Shown: positions 1-11,051 of the stretch, piece by piece
How positions within the stretch are numbered: position 1 is the stretch's first letter
Layout: every line of letters starts with the position of its first letter
Source of the DNA: Actinomycetes bacterium
GTDB taxonomy: Bacteria > Actinomycetota > Actinomycetes > S36-B12 > UBA5976
Length of the DNA: 64,000 nt
Direction of reading: 5' to 3'
Assembly (NCBI GenBank): GCA_014190035.1
Contig: BJFU01000002.1
Location: 3,190 to 67,189 of the forward strand
Program-made: the position numbers and the translations under genes
The notes under the pieces: generated by a model
The model's database searches: none
What the model was told of the DNA's origin: nothing
What the model saw: only the letters and a program-made list of their open reading frames with translations

Positions 1-258
1 ATTTACCCCTGCAGGTAAGCACAACTTATGAGCAGGGGTAATCTAGGAAAAGTAAGAAGCCGAAGACCGCTGGATTTCTAAGAGATAAAACTTTTAGAAA
101 CTAAGCCTCAAAGAAATTTGAGAACCCGCGCAGGTGCGATCAAGATTAAAGAGACAAAGTAATTTGTCTTCTTAACCTGGTGCATATGCGCATCAGGTTT
201 TTTTATTTCTCAAAAGGTTTTAGTAAAAACTAGCCTGATAAAAGGAAAGGGAGCCTCA
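1..258 (+). promoter_or_regulatory. Structured 5' leader of the rplJ-rplL operon (L10-leader-like)
   Basis: About 250 nt of non-coding sequence before rplJ with several hairpins: a 10-bp perfect stem 3-12/32-41, 76-101, 152-170 and 174-199. The position matches the autoregulatory L10(L12)4 leader known in other bacteria. No covariance model was run. Confidence 0.45.
174..207 (+). terminator. Terminator/attenuator-like hairpin inside the rplJ leader
   Basis: AACCTGGTGC / GCGCATCAGGTT stem (about 10 bp including one G-U, 6-nt loop) followed directly by TTTTTTTATTT, about 50 nt before the rplJ ATG. Confidence 0.5.
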
Positions 259-780
259 ATGGCGACTGCTGAAAAGTCCGCAGTTATAGCTGAGATGACG
301 GAGAATTTCCGTAAATCAACTGCAACTGTAATGACTGAGTACCGCGGACTATCCGTTACGCAATTAAAAGAATTGCGTCGCGCATTGGGTCCTACAACAA
401 CTTATAAAGTTGTTAAAAATACTTTGTCTCGTTTGGCTGCAAAAGCTGCTGGTGTCGAAGGTTTAGATGAAATGTTAAAAGGCCCAAGTGCCATTGCATT
501 CATCGAAGGTGACGCAGTTGAATCCGCAAAAGGTTTAAAAAATTTTGCTAAAGATAATCCTGCACTTGTTATTAAAGGTGCATACATGGATGGCAAAGTG
601 CTTTCACCAAAAGAAATTCTTCGTCTGGCAGATCTTGAATCACGTGAAGTACTCCTTGCGAAGTTAGCTGGAGCAATGAATGCATCGCTTTCACAAGCTG
701 TGTACTTGTTAGCCGCTCCATTAGCAAAGACTGCAAGAGCTTTAGGTGCATTGCAGCAACAGAAATCTCAAGAGAACTAA
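259..780 (+). CDS. rplJ: 50S ribosomal protein L10
   Basis: 173-aa ORF with typical L10 sequence, GGAAAGGGAG Shine-Dalgarno (SD) upstream, followed by rplL. Confidence 0.97.
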   Translation: MATAEKSAVIAEMTENFRKSTATVMTEYRGLSVTQLKELRRALGPTTTYKVVKNTLSRLAAKAAGVEGLDEMLKGPSAIAFIEGDAVESAKGLKNFAKDNPALVIKGAYMDGKVLSPKEILRLADLESREVLLAKLAGAMNASLSQAVYLLAAPLAKTARALGALQQQKSQEN

Positions 781-802
781 ATAAAGGAAAAGGGAAAATA
801 AA

Positions 803-1192
803 ATGGCAAAAATAGCAACAGATGATCTATTAGGCGCATTCAAAGAAATGACTTTGATTGAACTTGCAGATTTCGTTAAATTGTTTGAAGAAACATTTGG
901 CGTAACAGCTGCAGCTCCAGTTGCAGTCGCAGCAGCACCAGCTGGTGGCGGCGCAGGCGGAGACTCAGGCTCTTCTGATCAAGATGAATTCGATGTCATC
1001 TTGGAAGACGGCGGAGACAAGAAGATTCAAGTTATTAAAGAAGTACGTACCTTAACAAACTTAGGTCTAAAAGAAGCAAAAGATCTAGTTGAAGGTGCAC
1101 CAAAGCCAGTACTTGAAAAAGTTAACAAAGAATCTGCAACAAAGGCTAAAGAATTATTAGAGTCTGCAGGCGGAAAAGTAACAATCAAGTAA
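803..1192 (+). CDS. rplL: 50S ribosomal protein L7/L12
   Basis: 129 aa with an Ala/Gly-rich hinge and the conserved C-terminal domain ([24 protein letters not shown]). Confidence 0.97.
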   Translation: MAKIATDDLLGAFKEMTLIELADFVKLFEETFGVTAAAPVAVAAAPAGGGAGGDSGSSDQDEFDVILEDGGDKKIQVIKEVRTLTNLGLKEAKDLVEGAPKPVLEKVNKESATKAKELLESAGGKVTIK

Positions 1193-1212
1193 TAGCAAAC
1201 TATTTGCAAAGA

Positions 1213-1257
1213 AATCCCCCACGAACAGGTCAAACTGTTCCCGGGGGATTCTTTTTT
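1213..1257 (+). terminator. Rho-independent terminator after rplL
   Basis: AATCCCCC...GGGGGATT long stem followed by CTTTTTT. Confidence 0.8.
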
Positions 1258-1365
1258 GACAAGACATTGCGCTTGAATCAACTGGGTTTTACATCTTCAA
1301 GGTTTATCCTTATCCATATGGTCAAATTGATTTTCAAAGAAATAAAAATGTTAGGAAATAGTTAA

Positions 1366-1779
1366 ATGGAAATATTATTACTAGTAGGACGTTTGTTTTT
1401 CGCACTGTTGTTTATCGGTTCAGGAATTGGTCACCTTCGCCAAACAGCAGCAATGGCAGGTTATGCATCTTCTAAAGGTGTACCTGCAGCAAAAGCTGCA
1501 ACAATCATTAGCGGTTTAATGATGATACTTGGTGCTGCTTATATTGCACTTGGTTTCTACGCAGATCTTGGCGCACTATTAATTTTCTTATTCCTTGTAC
1601 CAACTGCATTTTTAATGCACCCATACTGGAAAGAAACAGATGCAATGACAAAAATGAACGAAATGATTGCGTTCAACAAAGACATCGCATTAGCAGGAGC
1701 TGCACTTGCCTTTTTCTACATCTTCGCACAACATGGCGAAACTGTAGGTTTGGTTTTGAGCAACACAACTTTGTTCTAA
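1366..1779 (+). CDS. DoxX-family membrane protein
   Basis: 137 aa, 4 predicted TM helices. N-terminal LLVGRLFFALLFIGSGIGHL and overall layout resemble DoxX/MhqP-type proteins. Confidence 0.7.
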   Translation: MEILLLVGRLFFALLFIGSGIGHLRQTAAMAGYASSKGVPAAKAATIISGLMMILGAAYIALGFYADLGALLIFLFLVPTAFLMHPYWKETDAMTKMNEMIAFNKDIALAGAALAFFYIFAQHGETVGLVLSNTTLF

Positions 1780-1796
1780 ACAAATAAAGTAATAAA

Positions 1797-1826
1797 AGAC
1801 CCTCCCTTAACGGGGAGAGTCTTTTA
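1797..1826 (+). terminator. Probable terminator after the DoxX gene
   Basis: AGACCCTCCC-TTAAC-GGGGAGAGTCT hairpin (one mismatch) followed by TTTT. Confidence 0.5.
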
Positions 1827-1883
1827 GTTTTAAAGTCTCATTAAATCTTGGCAAAACCAATGATTCCAAGTTAAGTTATTGCC

Positions 1884-3476
1884 ATGGCAAGAACTGATAA
1901 AAAAACAATTGCAGCTGGTTCACCGAATGATTTGGGCTGGAGTGAATTAATTCAAGCGCCAGGAGAAACTCATGAAAATCAAATTCCAGTTGGAAAAGTT
2001 TTAGCAGTACTTGGTCATTTCTCAGACCTTCATGTGTGTGATCCTCAATCACCATCCAGGATGGAATACTTAGATCGTTTCTCAGATCCTGACCATAAAT
2101 GGCGCGATGTAGTTGGTTATATCGGAACTTATCGAGCGCAAGAAATATTAACTACTCAAGTTGTGGCAGCAATGGTTGATGCCGTGAATGAAATAAAGAA
2201 TGGCCCATTAACTAATGCACCAATTGAAGCCGTTGTTGTTACAGGAGACATGACTGATAACGCCCAACAAAATGAAACTAGTTGGTACATAAGTGCACTT
2301 AATGGTGGCAAAGTACAGCCAACATCGGGAAACACAGATAAATCTGAATGGGTCGGTTCACATAATGTTGAATATGACATTTCTTATTGGCATCCTGATG
2401 GTGCACCGGTCGGAAACGAATTAGATCGACCAATTGCAAAATTTGGTTTCCCCATCATTAAAGGATTGGTAGATAAGGCAAGGTCGACATTTAATTCCAG
2501 CGGTTTGAATGTTCCTTGGTTTGCCACTTTTGGCAATCACGATCAACTACTACAAGGAACAGTTGCTCCTAATCAAGATCTCCATGATTTATCAATTGGA
2601 GACAAACGAGTAACTAAATTGCCTGAAGATTTTTCAGATCCAGATTCAATATTGCCAGCAATTGCTGAAATTGGTCCTGCCAAGTATTTAGAAACAAAAA
2701 ACTTTCCAGGTTCTACGATTTCTGCAGATATAACGCGGGCATTTAATTCTCCCGGGACTTTTGCAAAAGCTCATATTTCCGCAGGAGGAAATCCATTAGG
2801 ACACGGCTTTACTAATGAAAATGTGGCAAACAACACTGCTTATTGGATTCATGATTTAGAAAATATTCGTCTTATTTCTATCGACACAGTTAATCCACAT
2901 GGGGGATGGCAGGGCTCAATTGATGAAAAACAATTAATTTGGATCAGAGAGAAATTACTTGAAGCAAAAAATAAATATTGTGTTTTGCTTTCACATCACC
3001 CTTCACCAACTTTAGTTAATGACTACGCACCAACAAATGCTCCCAGAAGAGTAATTAGAGATGAATTATTAAAAGAGCTTTATCAACATAAAAATTTGAT
3101 TGCCTGGATCGCAGGACATGTGCACAGGCACGCTTCAGGAATTCATACTAGGGAAGATGGATCAACATTTTTAGAATTCACAACTGCTTCTCACATTGAT
3201 TGGCCACAACAATCAAGAGTGTTAGAAATAGTTAAAGAAGAAAATGCAATTGCTATCGCCTCCACAGTGATAGATCATGCAGGGCATTTGGACTGGCAAG
3301 GCAAAGATTTGGATTACTTAACAATGGCTGGAATTTCTCGAGTGCTTTCTTTGAATGATTGGCAAAGGAGAGATGACTTCAACCCAGTTCTTGCTCGCCA
3401 GGGCAACAAAGAGGACCGAAATGTGGTCTGGAGGGTGAGCGACCCCTTTTCCTCAAGGGATGTCTCGGGAAGATAA
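1884..3476 (+). CDS. Calcineurin-like metallophosphoesterase (actinobacterial TIGR03767/PPA1498-like family)
   Basis: 530 aa with the phosphoesterase motif series DLHVCD, GDMTDN, GNHD, SHHP and GHVHRH. The subfamily assignment is from memory only. Confidence 0.75.
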   Translation: MARTDKKTIAAGSPNDLGWSELIQAPGETHENQIPVGKVLAVLGHFSDLHVCDPQSPSRMEYLDRFSDPDHKWRDVVGYIGTYRAQEILTTQVVAAMVDAVNEIKNGPLTNAPIEAVVVTGDMTDNAQQNETSWYISALNGGKVQPTSGNTDKSEWVGSHNVEYDISYWHPDGAPVGNELDRPIAKFGFPIIKGLVDKARSTFNSSGLNVPWFATFGNHDQLLQGTVAPNQDLHDLSIGDKRVTKLPEDFSDPDSILPAIAEIGPAKYLETKNFPGSTISADITRAFNSPGTFAKAHISAGGNPLGHGFTNENVANNTAYWIHDLENIRLISIDTVNPHGGWQGSIDEKQLIWIREKLLEAKNKYCVLLSHHPSPTLVNDYAPTNAPRRVIRDELLKELYQHKNLIAWIAGHVHRHASGIHTREDGSTFLEFTTASHIDWPQQSRVLEIVKEENAIAIASTVIDHAGHLDWQGKDLDYLTMAGISRVLSLNDWQRRDDFNPVLARQGNKEDRNVVWRVSDPFSSRDVSGR

Positions 3477-3502
3477 CAATTTGCCCCACGCACCCCACAA
3501 AC

Positions 3503-3532
3503 TTGACGAAGTAGGTAGGTGGTTGTTATAAG
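3503..3532 (+). promoter_or_regulatory. Candidate rpoBC promoter
   Basis: TTGACG (3503-3508), 18 nt, TATAAG (3527-3532), about 115 nt before the rpoB TTG start. Pattern match only. Confidence 0.3.
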
Positions 3533-3575
3533 CAAGTGGCTTGTGGGTATGATTTTATTTTGCATCCCAAATCCC

Positions 3576-3600
3576 AGCCCGCAAGGGCTCGTTTTGTTTT
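3576..3600 (+). terminator. Small attenuator-like hairpin in the rpoB leader
   Basis: AGCCC-GCAA-GGGCT (5 bp, GNRA-type loop) followed by CGTTTTGTTTT. The stem is weak. Confidence 0.3.
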
Positions 3601-3646
3601 GCGACCAAAGTTTTTTTAAAGTGCCCTTCCGACGAAAGGACGCCAC

Positions 3647-6600
3647 TTGGCAACATCAGCCAAAGCTTCAGGAAAAAATGGACGTTTATCTTTTGGAAAA
3701 ATTAAAGAACCACTTGAGGTTCCAAATCTTTTAGATTTACAAATCGAATCATTCGATTGGTTAATGGGTAATGAAAAATGGCAAGCACGTGTAAAGACTG
3801 CACTTGATGCTGGCAGAACAGATGTTCCAACAACTTCTGGTTTAACAGAAATATTTGAAGAAATTTCTCCAATTGAAGATCTTGCAGGATCTATGTCACT
3901 ATCTTTTCGTGATCACAGATTTGAACCAGCAAAATACACAGTTGAACAATGTAGAGATAAAGACGTAACTTACGCACAGCCGTTATTCGTAACTGCAGAA
4001 TTTATGAATAACGAAACTGGTGAAATTAAGTCACAAACAGTTTTCATGGGTGATTTCCCAATCATGACTAATAAGGGAACATTCGTAATTAATGGAACCG
4101 AACGTGTTGTGGTTTCACAATTAGTTCGTTCACCTGGTGTTTATTTTGAAAAGTCAATTGACAAAACAACTGATAAAGAACTTTTCACTGCAAAAGTAAT
4201 TCCAAGCCGTGGTGCTTGGTTAGAATTTGAAGTTGATAAAAAAGATTTAGTTGGGGTTCGTTTAGATCGAAAACGTAAACAATCGGCAACAGTATTGCTA
4301 AAAGCATTAGGTATGACTGCTGATCAAATTGCAACTAAATTTGCTAAGTATCCAACAATTTTAGAAACTCTTGCCAAAGATTCAGTTCAAACTCAAGAAG
4401 AAGCTTTAGTTGATATTTATCGCAAAATGAGACCAGGTGAACCACCAACAATTGAAGGTGGCAGAAACTTAATTGATAACTACTACTTCAATTCCAAGCG
4501 TTATGACTTGGCAAAAGTTGGTCGTTACAAAGTTGGCAGAAAACTTGGTTCACAATTGCCATTACAACAAAACACATTAACTGTTGATGATATTTGTGAC
4601 ACTGTTGAATACATTGCGGCATTACATGCAGGAGTTACAGAATTAAACAAAACTCGCGGTAAAACAGTTGTTGAAATTGATGATATTGATCATTTCGGTA
4701 ACAGAAGATTGAGAACAGTTGGCGAATTAATTCAAAACCAAATCCGTACCGGTTTATCACGTATGGAAAGAGTGGTAAGAGAAAGAATGACAACTCAAGA
4801 TGTGGAAGCAATTACTCCACAAACTTTGATTAATATTCGTCCAGTTGTTGCTTCAATCAAAGAATTCTTTGGTACCAGCCAATTGTCACAATTTATGGAT
4901 CAAACAAATCCACTTGCAGGCTTAACTCACAAACGTCGTTTGTCAGCTCTTGGACCTGGTGGACTTTCACGTGAACGAGCAGGTTTCGAAGTTCGTGACG
5001 TGCATCCTTCTCATTACGGAAGAATGTGTCCAATTGAAACTCCAGAAGGTCCAAACATTGGTTTGATTGGCTCCCTATCTTCTTTTGCTCGCGTTAACGA
5101 ATTTGGTTTCATCGAAACTCCTTATCGAAAAGTAAGTAAAGGAAAAGTTACTAACCAAATTTCTTATCTAACAGCTGATGAAGAAGATCGTCACGTTATT
5201 GCTCAAGCAAATGCTGCTTTAGCTGCTGATGGAACATTCTCTGAAGAACGAGTTTTGGTTCGTCGTAAAGGCGGAGACGTAGATTTTGTTCTTCCAGATG
5301 ACGTTGACTTTATGGACGTATCTCCACGACAAGTTTGGTCTGTTGCAACAGCAATGATTCCATTCTTAGAACACGATGATGCCAACCGTGCATTGATGGG
5401 TTCAAACATGCAACGTCAATCTGTACCTCTAATTAGAGCTGAAGCTCCATTAGTTGGAACCGGTATGGAATATCGCGCCGCAGTTGATGCAGGAGATGTT
5501 GTTATCTCTGAAAAAGCTGGTGTGATTTCTGAAATTAGTGCTGACACTATTGATGTTGCTAACGAAGATGGTTCATCTACTACTTACAAAGTTCAGAAAT
5601 TCCGTAGATCAAACCAAGGAACCTCTTATAACCAAAAGCCAATTGTTAAAGAAGGCGAAAAAGTTAAAGCAGGTCAAGTTCTAGCTGACGGTCCATGTAC
5701 CGATGGTGGAGAAATGGCCCTTGGTCGAAACCTACTTGTGGCATACATGCCATGGGAAGGTCACAACTACGAAGATGCGATCATTTTGAATCAAAGACTT
5801 GTGCAAGATGACGTATTAACTTCCATTCACATTGAAGAACACGAAATTGATGCTCGCGACACCAAATTAGGTGCAGAAGAAATTACTCGCGATCTTCCAA
5901 ACGTTTCTGAAGAAGTTTTGGCAGATTTAGATGACCGCGGAATTATTCGTATCGGTGCTGAAGTTGTGCCAGGCGACATTCTTGTTGGAAAAGTAACACC
6001 AAAAGGTGAAACAGAATTAACACCTGAAGAAAGATTGCTGCGCGCAATTTTCGGTGAAAAAGCTCGTGAAGTAAGAGATACATCTTTGAAAGTTCCACAC
6101 GGTGAAAGCGGAACTGTAATTGATATTAAAGTTTTCGATCGCGAACATGATGACGAAATGGGACCAGGAGTTAACCAAATCGTTCGTGTTTACATTGCAC
6201 AAAAGAGAAAAATTACTGAAGGTGACAAATTAGCAGGACGCCACGGTAACAAAGGTGTCATTGCAAAAATTCTTCCAGCAGAAGATATGCCTTTCTTAGA
6301 AGATGGCACACCAGTTGACATCGTGTTAAATCCACTCGGAGTTCCAGGACGAATGAACTTAGGTCAAGTTTTGGAATTTCATTTAGGTTGGTTAGCTAAA
6401 TCTGGTTGGGATATTGAAGGCACACCAAAGTGGGCAGAAAATATTCCAGAAAATATGAGAAAAGTTCCAGCTAATACAAAACTTGCCACACCTGTATTTG
6501 ATGGTGCTAGAGAATCTGAAATTACAGGTTTGATGTCAGCATCACTTCCTTCTTCAAATGGTGATCGTTTAATTGGATCAAATGGAAAAGCTCGTTTGTT

Positions 6601-7099
6601 TGACGGACGAAGCGGCGAACCATTTCCTATGCCAATTGCAGTTGGATACAAATACATTTTGAAACTTCTACATTTGGTTGACGACAAGATCCACGCTCGT
6701 TCAACTGGTCCATACTCAATGATTACTCAACAACCACTTGGTGGAAAAGCACAATTTGGTGGTCAAAGATTTGGTGAAATGGAAGTTTGGGCTTTGGAAG
6801 CTTACGGTGCTGCATATGCACTTCAAGAATTATTAACAATCAAATCAGACGACGTATTAGGTCGTGTGAAAGTTTACGAAGCAATTGTGAAGGGTGAAAA
6901 CATTCCAGAACCTGGAATTCCAGAATCCTTCAAAGTTCTTGTTAAGGAAATGCAATCTCTAGGACTAAACGTAGAAGTTATGTCAGGGGACGGCAAAGCT
7001 ATTGAAATGCGTGACACAGATGAAGACGTATTTAGAACTGCTGAAGAACTAGGTATCGACTTATCACGTCGTGAACCAAGTTCTGTAGAAGAAGTTTAA
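3647..7099 (+). CDS. rpoB: DNA-directed RNA polymerase subunit beta
   Basis: 1150 aa, TTG start preceded by AAAGGA. Conserved RpoB sequence throughout. Confidence 0.98.
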   Translation: MATSAKASGKNGRLSFGKIKEPLEVPNLLDLQIESFDWLMGNEKWQARVKTALDAGRTDVPTTSGLTEIFEEISPIEDLAGSMSLSFRDHRFEPAKYTVEQCRDKDVTYAQPLFVTAEFMNNETGEIKSQTVFMGDFPIMTNKGTFVINGTERVVVSQLVRSPGVYFEKSIDKTTDKELFTAKVIPSRGAWLEFEVDKKDLVGVRLDRKRKQSATVLLKALGMTADQIATKFAKYPTILETLAKDSVQTQEEALVDIYRKMRPGEPPTIEGGRNLIDNYYFNSKRYDLAKVGRYKVGRKLGSQLPLQQNTLTVDDICDTVEYIAALHAGVTELNKTRGKTVVEIDDIDHFGNRRLRTVGELIQNQIRTGLSRMERVVRERMTTQDVEAITPQTLINIRPVVASIKEFFGTSQLSQFMDQTNPLAGLTHKRRLSALGPGGLSRERAGFEVRDVHPSHYGRMCPIETPEGPNIGLIGSLSSFARVNEFGFIETPYRKVSKGKVTNQISYLTADEEDRHVIAQANAALAADGTFSEERVLVRRKGGDVDFVLPDDVDFMDVSPRQVWSVATAMIPFLEHDDANRALMGSNMQRQSVPLIRAEAPLVGTGMEYRAAVDAGDVVISEKAGVISEISADTIDVANEDGSSTTYKVQKFRRSNQGTSYNQKPIVKEGEKVKAGQVLADGPCTDGGEMALGRNLLVAYMPWEGHNYEDAIILNQRLVQDDVLTSIHIEEHEIDARDTKLGAEEITRDLPNVSEEVLADLDDRGIIRIGAEVVPGDILVGKVTPKGETELTPEERLLRAIFGEKAREVRDTSLKVPHGESGTVIDIKVFDREHDDEMGPGVNQIVRVYIAQKRKITEGDKLAGRHGNKGVIAKILPAEDMPFLEDGTPVDIVLNPLGVPGRMNLGQVLEFHLGWLAKSGWDIEGTPKWAENIPENMRKVPANTKLATPVFDGARESEITGLMSASLPSSNGDRLIGSNGKARLFDGRSGEPFPMPIAVGYKYILKLLHLVDDKIHARSTGPYSMITQQPLGGKAQFGGQRFGEMEVWALEAYGAAYALQELLTIKSDDVLGRVKVYEAIVKGENIPEPGIPESFKVLVKEMQSLGLNVEVMSGDGKAIEMRDTDEDVFRTAEELGIDLSRREPSSVEEV

Positions 7100-7128
7100 G
7101 AAACTAGGAAAAGGGCGGAAATAGAAAA

Positions 7129-10100
7129 ATGTTAGATGTAAATAACTTTGATCAATTACGTATCGGCCTAGCTTCTGCAACTGATATTCGTAGCTGGTCA
7201 CATGGTGAAGTTAAGAAACCTGAAACCATTAACTACCGAACATTAAAGCCTGAGAAAGATGGCTTGTTCTGCGAAAAGATTTTCGGACCAACCCGTGATT
7301 GGGAATGTTATTGCGGTAAATACAAGCGTGTTCGATTCAAGGGAATCATTTGTGAACGTTGCGGAGTTGAAGTTACACGTGCAAAAGTTCGTCGCGAAAG
7401 AATGGGTCACATTGAATTAGCAGCACCAGTAACTCACATTTGGTACTTCAAAGGTGTTCCTTCACGTTTAGGTTACCTACTTGATCTTGCACCAAAAGAT
7501 TTAGAAAAAGTTATTTATTTTGCTGCCTACATGATCACAGATGTTGATGTGGATGCACGTCACGAAGATCTTCCATCATTAGAAGCAAAACTTGATTCTG
7601 AAAAGAAGAAAATCACTAACCGTCGCGATGCTGACATTAATGCTCGTACTAAAAAACTTGAAGAAGACTTAAAAGTATTAGAAAAAGATGGCGCTAAGTC
7701 TGATCAAAAACGAAAAGTAAAAGAATCAGCAGAACGCGAAATGAATTCAATTCGCAGAAAAATTGATGCTGAAATCGACCGCCTAGCTTCAGTTTTTGAT
7801 CGTTTCCGAAACCTTAAAGTGCAAGATCTTGAAGGTGACGAAATGTTGTATCGCGAAATGCGCGATAGATATGGTCGCTACTTCACCGGTGGTATGGGTG
7901 CTGCAGCAATTAAACGTCGTTTAGAAAACTTTGATCTGGTAGCAGAAGCTGCTTTGTTAAAAGAAGTAGTTCACTCAGGAAAAGGTCAAAAGAAAACCCG
8001 TGCACTAAAAAGACTTAAAGTAATTAACGCTTTTGATGCCACCACAAATTCACCAGCTTCAATGGTGCTAGATGCCATTCCAGTTATTCCACCAGATCTT
8101 CGCCCAATGGTTCAACTAGATGGTGGAAGATTTGCAACTTCAGATCTAAACGATTTGTATCGCCGTGTAATCAATAGAAACAATCGTTTAAAGAGATTGT
8201 TAGATCTTGGTGCACCAGAAATCATCGTGAACAACGAACGTCGAATGCTGCAAGAAGCAGTTGATGCGTTGTTTGATAACGGTCGTCGTGGTCGCCCAGT
8301 TACTGGTCCAGGAAATCGTCCGTTGAAATCTTTGTCAGACATGTTGAAAGGTAAGCAAGGACGATTCCGTCAAAACTTGCTTGGAAAACGTGTTGATTAC
8401 TCAGGCCGTTCAGTAATCGTTGTTGGTCCACAATTAAAACTGCATCAATGCGGTTTGCCAAAACAAATGGCATTAGAGCTATTCAAACCATTTGTGATGA
8501 AACGTCTGGTTGATTTAAACCATGCACAAAACATTAAATCTGCCAAGAGAATGGTGGAAAGATCCCGTGCAGTTGTGTGGGATGTTTTGGAAGAAGTAAT
8601 TACTGAACATCCAGTAATGCTTAACCGTGCTCCTACCTTGCACAGATTAGGTATTCAAGCATTTGAACCACAATTAATTGAAGGAAAAGCAATCCAAATT
8701 CATCCTTTGGTTTGTACTGCATTTAACGCAGACTTCGACGGTGACCAGATGGCTGTTCACGTACCACTTTCAGCAGAAGCTCAAGCTGAAGCCCGTATTT
8801 TGATGTTGTCTTCTAACAACATTTTGTCTCCAGCTTCAGGTAAGCCAATTACCACACCAACTCAAGACATGGTGTTGGGAATTTATTACCTAACCTTGCA
8901 AACTGCTGCAGCAAAAGGTGAAGGAAGAATTTTCTCATCCGTTGCAGAAGCTGTTATGGCCTACGACAGACATGAACTTGATTTGCAATCTGAAATCACA
9001 ATTCGCTTAAGAAACGTTTACCCACCTCACGAACATGACACACCAAAAGGTTGGTCATTTGGTAAACCATTAATTCTTAAAACAACTCTTGGTAGATCTT
9101 TGTTTAACGAAGCCCTGCCAGATAACTATCCATTCATTAACTCAGTTGTGGACAAGAAGAAACTTGGCGCAGTTGTTACTGATTTAACTGAGAAATATCC
9201 AAAGATTCAAGTAGCACAAATTCTTGATCTTTTGAAAGAACTTGGTTTCCGTTGGGCAACTCGAAGCGGTGTAACCATTTCTATTGATGATGTTCTTGAA
9301 CCACCAAGCAAAGACGCGTTGTTAAAGAAAGCTGAAGATATTGCAGCTAAAGTTCAAAAGAATTTTGAACGAGGCATGATTTCTGATGCTGAACGTCGTC
9401 AAGAATTAATTGATATCTGGACCAAAGTCACAGCAGAAATTGCTGAAGCTATGGAAAAGAATTTCCCAATTTCAAACCCTGTATGGATGATGGCTCACTC
9501 TGGTGCTCGTGGAAACATGATGCAAATCAGACAGCTTGCCGGTATGCGTGGTTTGGTATCAAATCCAAAGGGTGAAATTATTCCTCGCCCAATTAAGTCA
9601 AACTTCCGTGAAGGACTTTCTGTGTTGGAATACTTCATTTCTACACACGGTGCTCGTAAAGGTTTGGCTGACACAGCTTTGAGAACTGCAGATTCTGGTT
9701 ACTTAACTCGTCGTCTAGTTGACGTGGCACAAGATGTAATTATCCGTGAAGAAGATTGCGGAACAGATCGCGGATTGAAAGTAACAATTGGTGAAAAAGG
9801 TCAAGATGGCGTAATTCGTCCAGTTGAATTTGTTGACACCACAGTTGCATCCCGTGTTTTGTCTGACGAAGTAAAAATCAACCAAGAAACACTAGCTCAT
9901 CGTGATGATGAACTTTCAATGAGTTTAATTACTGAACTTATTGAAGACGGTGTTACTGAAATTAAGGTTCGCTCAGTATTAACTTGCGAATCAAAACTTG
10001 GAACATGTGCTCGTTGCTACGGCCGCTCAATGGCTAGTGGCAAGTTAGTTGATGTGGGTGAGGCTGTTGGAATTATCGCTGCTCAATCAATTGGTGAGCC

Positions 10101-11004
10101 TGGAACTCAGTTAACAATGCGTACTTTCCACACTGGAGGAGTAGCAGGAGCAGACATTACACACGGTTTGCCACGTGTTGTTGAGTTGTTTGAAGCTCGT
10201 ACTCCAAAAGGTGTTGCTCCAATCAGCGAAGTAGCAGGAAGAATTCGCGTTGAAGAAACTGATAAGACTCGAAAGATCGTTGTGATTCCAAACGACGGTG
10301 CTGAAGAAGTTGCCTATCCAGTTTCTAAGAGAACTCGTTTAATGGTTGAAGACGGACAAGCTGTTGAAGTTGGTCAACAATTAGTTGTTGGTGCAGTGGA
10401 TCCTAAACAAGTACTTCGAGTACTTGGACCTAGAGAAGTTCAAGTTCACTTGGTAAACGCAGTTCAAGAAGTTTACCGCTCTCAAGGTGTAAGCATTCAC
10501 GATAAGCACATTGAAGTAATTGTGCGCCAAATGCTACGTCGCGTAACCATCATTGAATCAGGGGATGCAAATCTTCTACCTGGTGAATTGGTTGATCGCG
10601 TGGTATTTGAAACTGAAAACAGAAGAGTTGTGCAAGAAAGTGGTAAACCAGGTTCAGGAAGACCAGAACTTATGGGTATCACCAAGGCATCTCTTGCAAC
10701 TGAATCATGGTTGTCAGCTGCATCATTCCAAGAAACAACTCGTGTTCTAACTGATGCTGCTATCAATGAGAAATCAGATTCACTTGTTGGTTTGAAAGAA
10801 AACGTGATCATTGGAAAACTAATTCCAGCTGGAACTGGTTTGCCACGTTACCGTCACGTTCGAGTTGAACCTACCGAAGAAGCAAAAGCTGCAATGTATG
10901 CCTCAATGTCAAGTTACGACGATATTGATTACACCTCATTTGGTGTAGGTGGCGGACAAGCTGTGCCTTTGGATGATTATGACTCAGGGGCTAATCAAAG
11001 ATAA
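7129..11004 (+). CDS. rpoC: DNA-directed RNA polymerase subunit beta-prime
   Basis: 1291 aa with the NADFDGD catalytic motif, an N-terminal Zn-finger Cys cluster and an actinobacterial-type coiled-coil insertion near residues 140-235. Confidence 0.98.
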   Translation: MLDVNNFDQLRIGLASATDIRSWSHGEVKKPETINYRTLKPEKDGLFCEKIFGPTRDWECYCGKYKRVRFKGIICERCGVEVTRAKVRRERMGHIELAAPVTHIWYFKGVPSRLGYLLDLAPKDLEKVIYFAAYMITDVDVDARHEDLPSLEAKLDSEKKKITNRRDADINARTKKLEEDLKVLEKDGAKSDQKRKVKESAEREMNSIRRKIDAEIDRLASVFDRFRNLKVQDLEGDEMLYREMRDRYGRYFTGGMGAAAIKRRLENFDLVAEAALLKEVVHSGKGQKKTRALKRLKVINAFDATTNSPASMVLDAIPVIPPDLRPMVQLDGGRFATSDLNDLYRRVINRNNRLKRLLDLGAPEIIVNNERRMLQEAVDALFDNGRRGRPVTGPGNRPLKSLSDMLKGKQGRFRQNLLGKRVDYSGRSVIVVGPQLKLHQCGLPKQMALELFKPFVMKRLVDLNHAQNIKSAKRMVERSRAVVWDVLEEVITEHPVMLNRAPTLHRLGIQAFEPQLIEGKAIQIHPLVCTAFNADFDGDQMAVHVPLSAEAQAEARILMLSSNNILSPASGKPITTPTQDMVLGIYYLTLQTAAAKGEGRIFSSVAEAVMAYDRHELDLQSEITIRLRNVYPPHEHDTPKGWSFGKPLILKTTLGRSLFNEALPDNYPFINSVVDKKKLGAVVTDLTEKYPKIQVAQILDLLKELGFRWATRSGVTISIDDVLEPPSKDALLKKAEDIAAKVQKNFERGMISDAERRQELIDIWTKVTAEIAEAMEKNFPISNPVWMMAHSGARGNMMQIRQLAGMRGLVSNPKGEIIPRPIKSNFREGLSVLEYFISTHGARKGLADTALRTADSGYLTRRLVDVAQDVIIREEDCGTDRGLKVTIGEKGQDGVIRPVEFVDTTVASRVLSDEVKINQETLAHRDDELSMSLITELIEDGVTEIKVRSVLTCESKLGTCARCYGRSMASGKLVDVGEAVGIIAAQSIGEPGTQLTMRTFHTGGVAGADITHGLPRVVELFEARTPKGVAPISEVAGRIRVEETDKTRKIVVIPNDGAEEVAYPVSKRTRLMVEDGQAVEVGQQLVVGAVDPKQVLRVLGPREVQVHLVNAVQEVYRSQGVSIHDKHIEVIVRQMLRRVTIIESGDANLLPGELVDRVVFETENRRVVQESGKPGSGRPELMGITKASLATESWLSAASFQETTRVLTDAAINEKSDSLVGLKENVIIGKLIPAGTGLPRYRHVRVEPTEEAKAAMYASMSSYDDIDYTSFGVGGGQAVPLDDYDSGANQR

Positions 11005-11015
11005 TTAAAGAAATA

Positions 11016-11050
11016 AAAAATGGCCCCCAAAAAAATGGGGGCCATTTTTA
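11016..11050. terminator. Bidirectional terminator between rpoC and ndh
   Basis: AAAAATGGCCCCC-AAAAAAA-GGGGGCCATTTTT, with a T-run on both strands. Confidence 0.85.
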
Positions 11051-11051
11051 T

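Noticed and set aside
1318-1365. 15-codon uORF (MVKLIFKEIKMLGNS) ending exactly at the DoxX ATG
   Set aside because: No RBS and AT-rich sequence in which short ORFs arise by chance. There is no evidence for regulatory use.
3314-3734. ORFs 3314-3646 (-) and 3519-3734 (+) in the rpoB upstream region
   Set aside because: They overlap the metallophosphoesterase end or the rpoB start, and their translations look random. The region is better explained as the rpoB promoter and leader.
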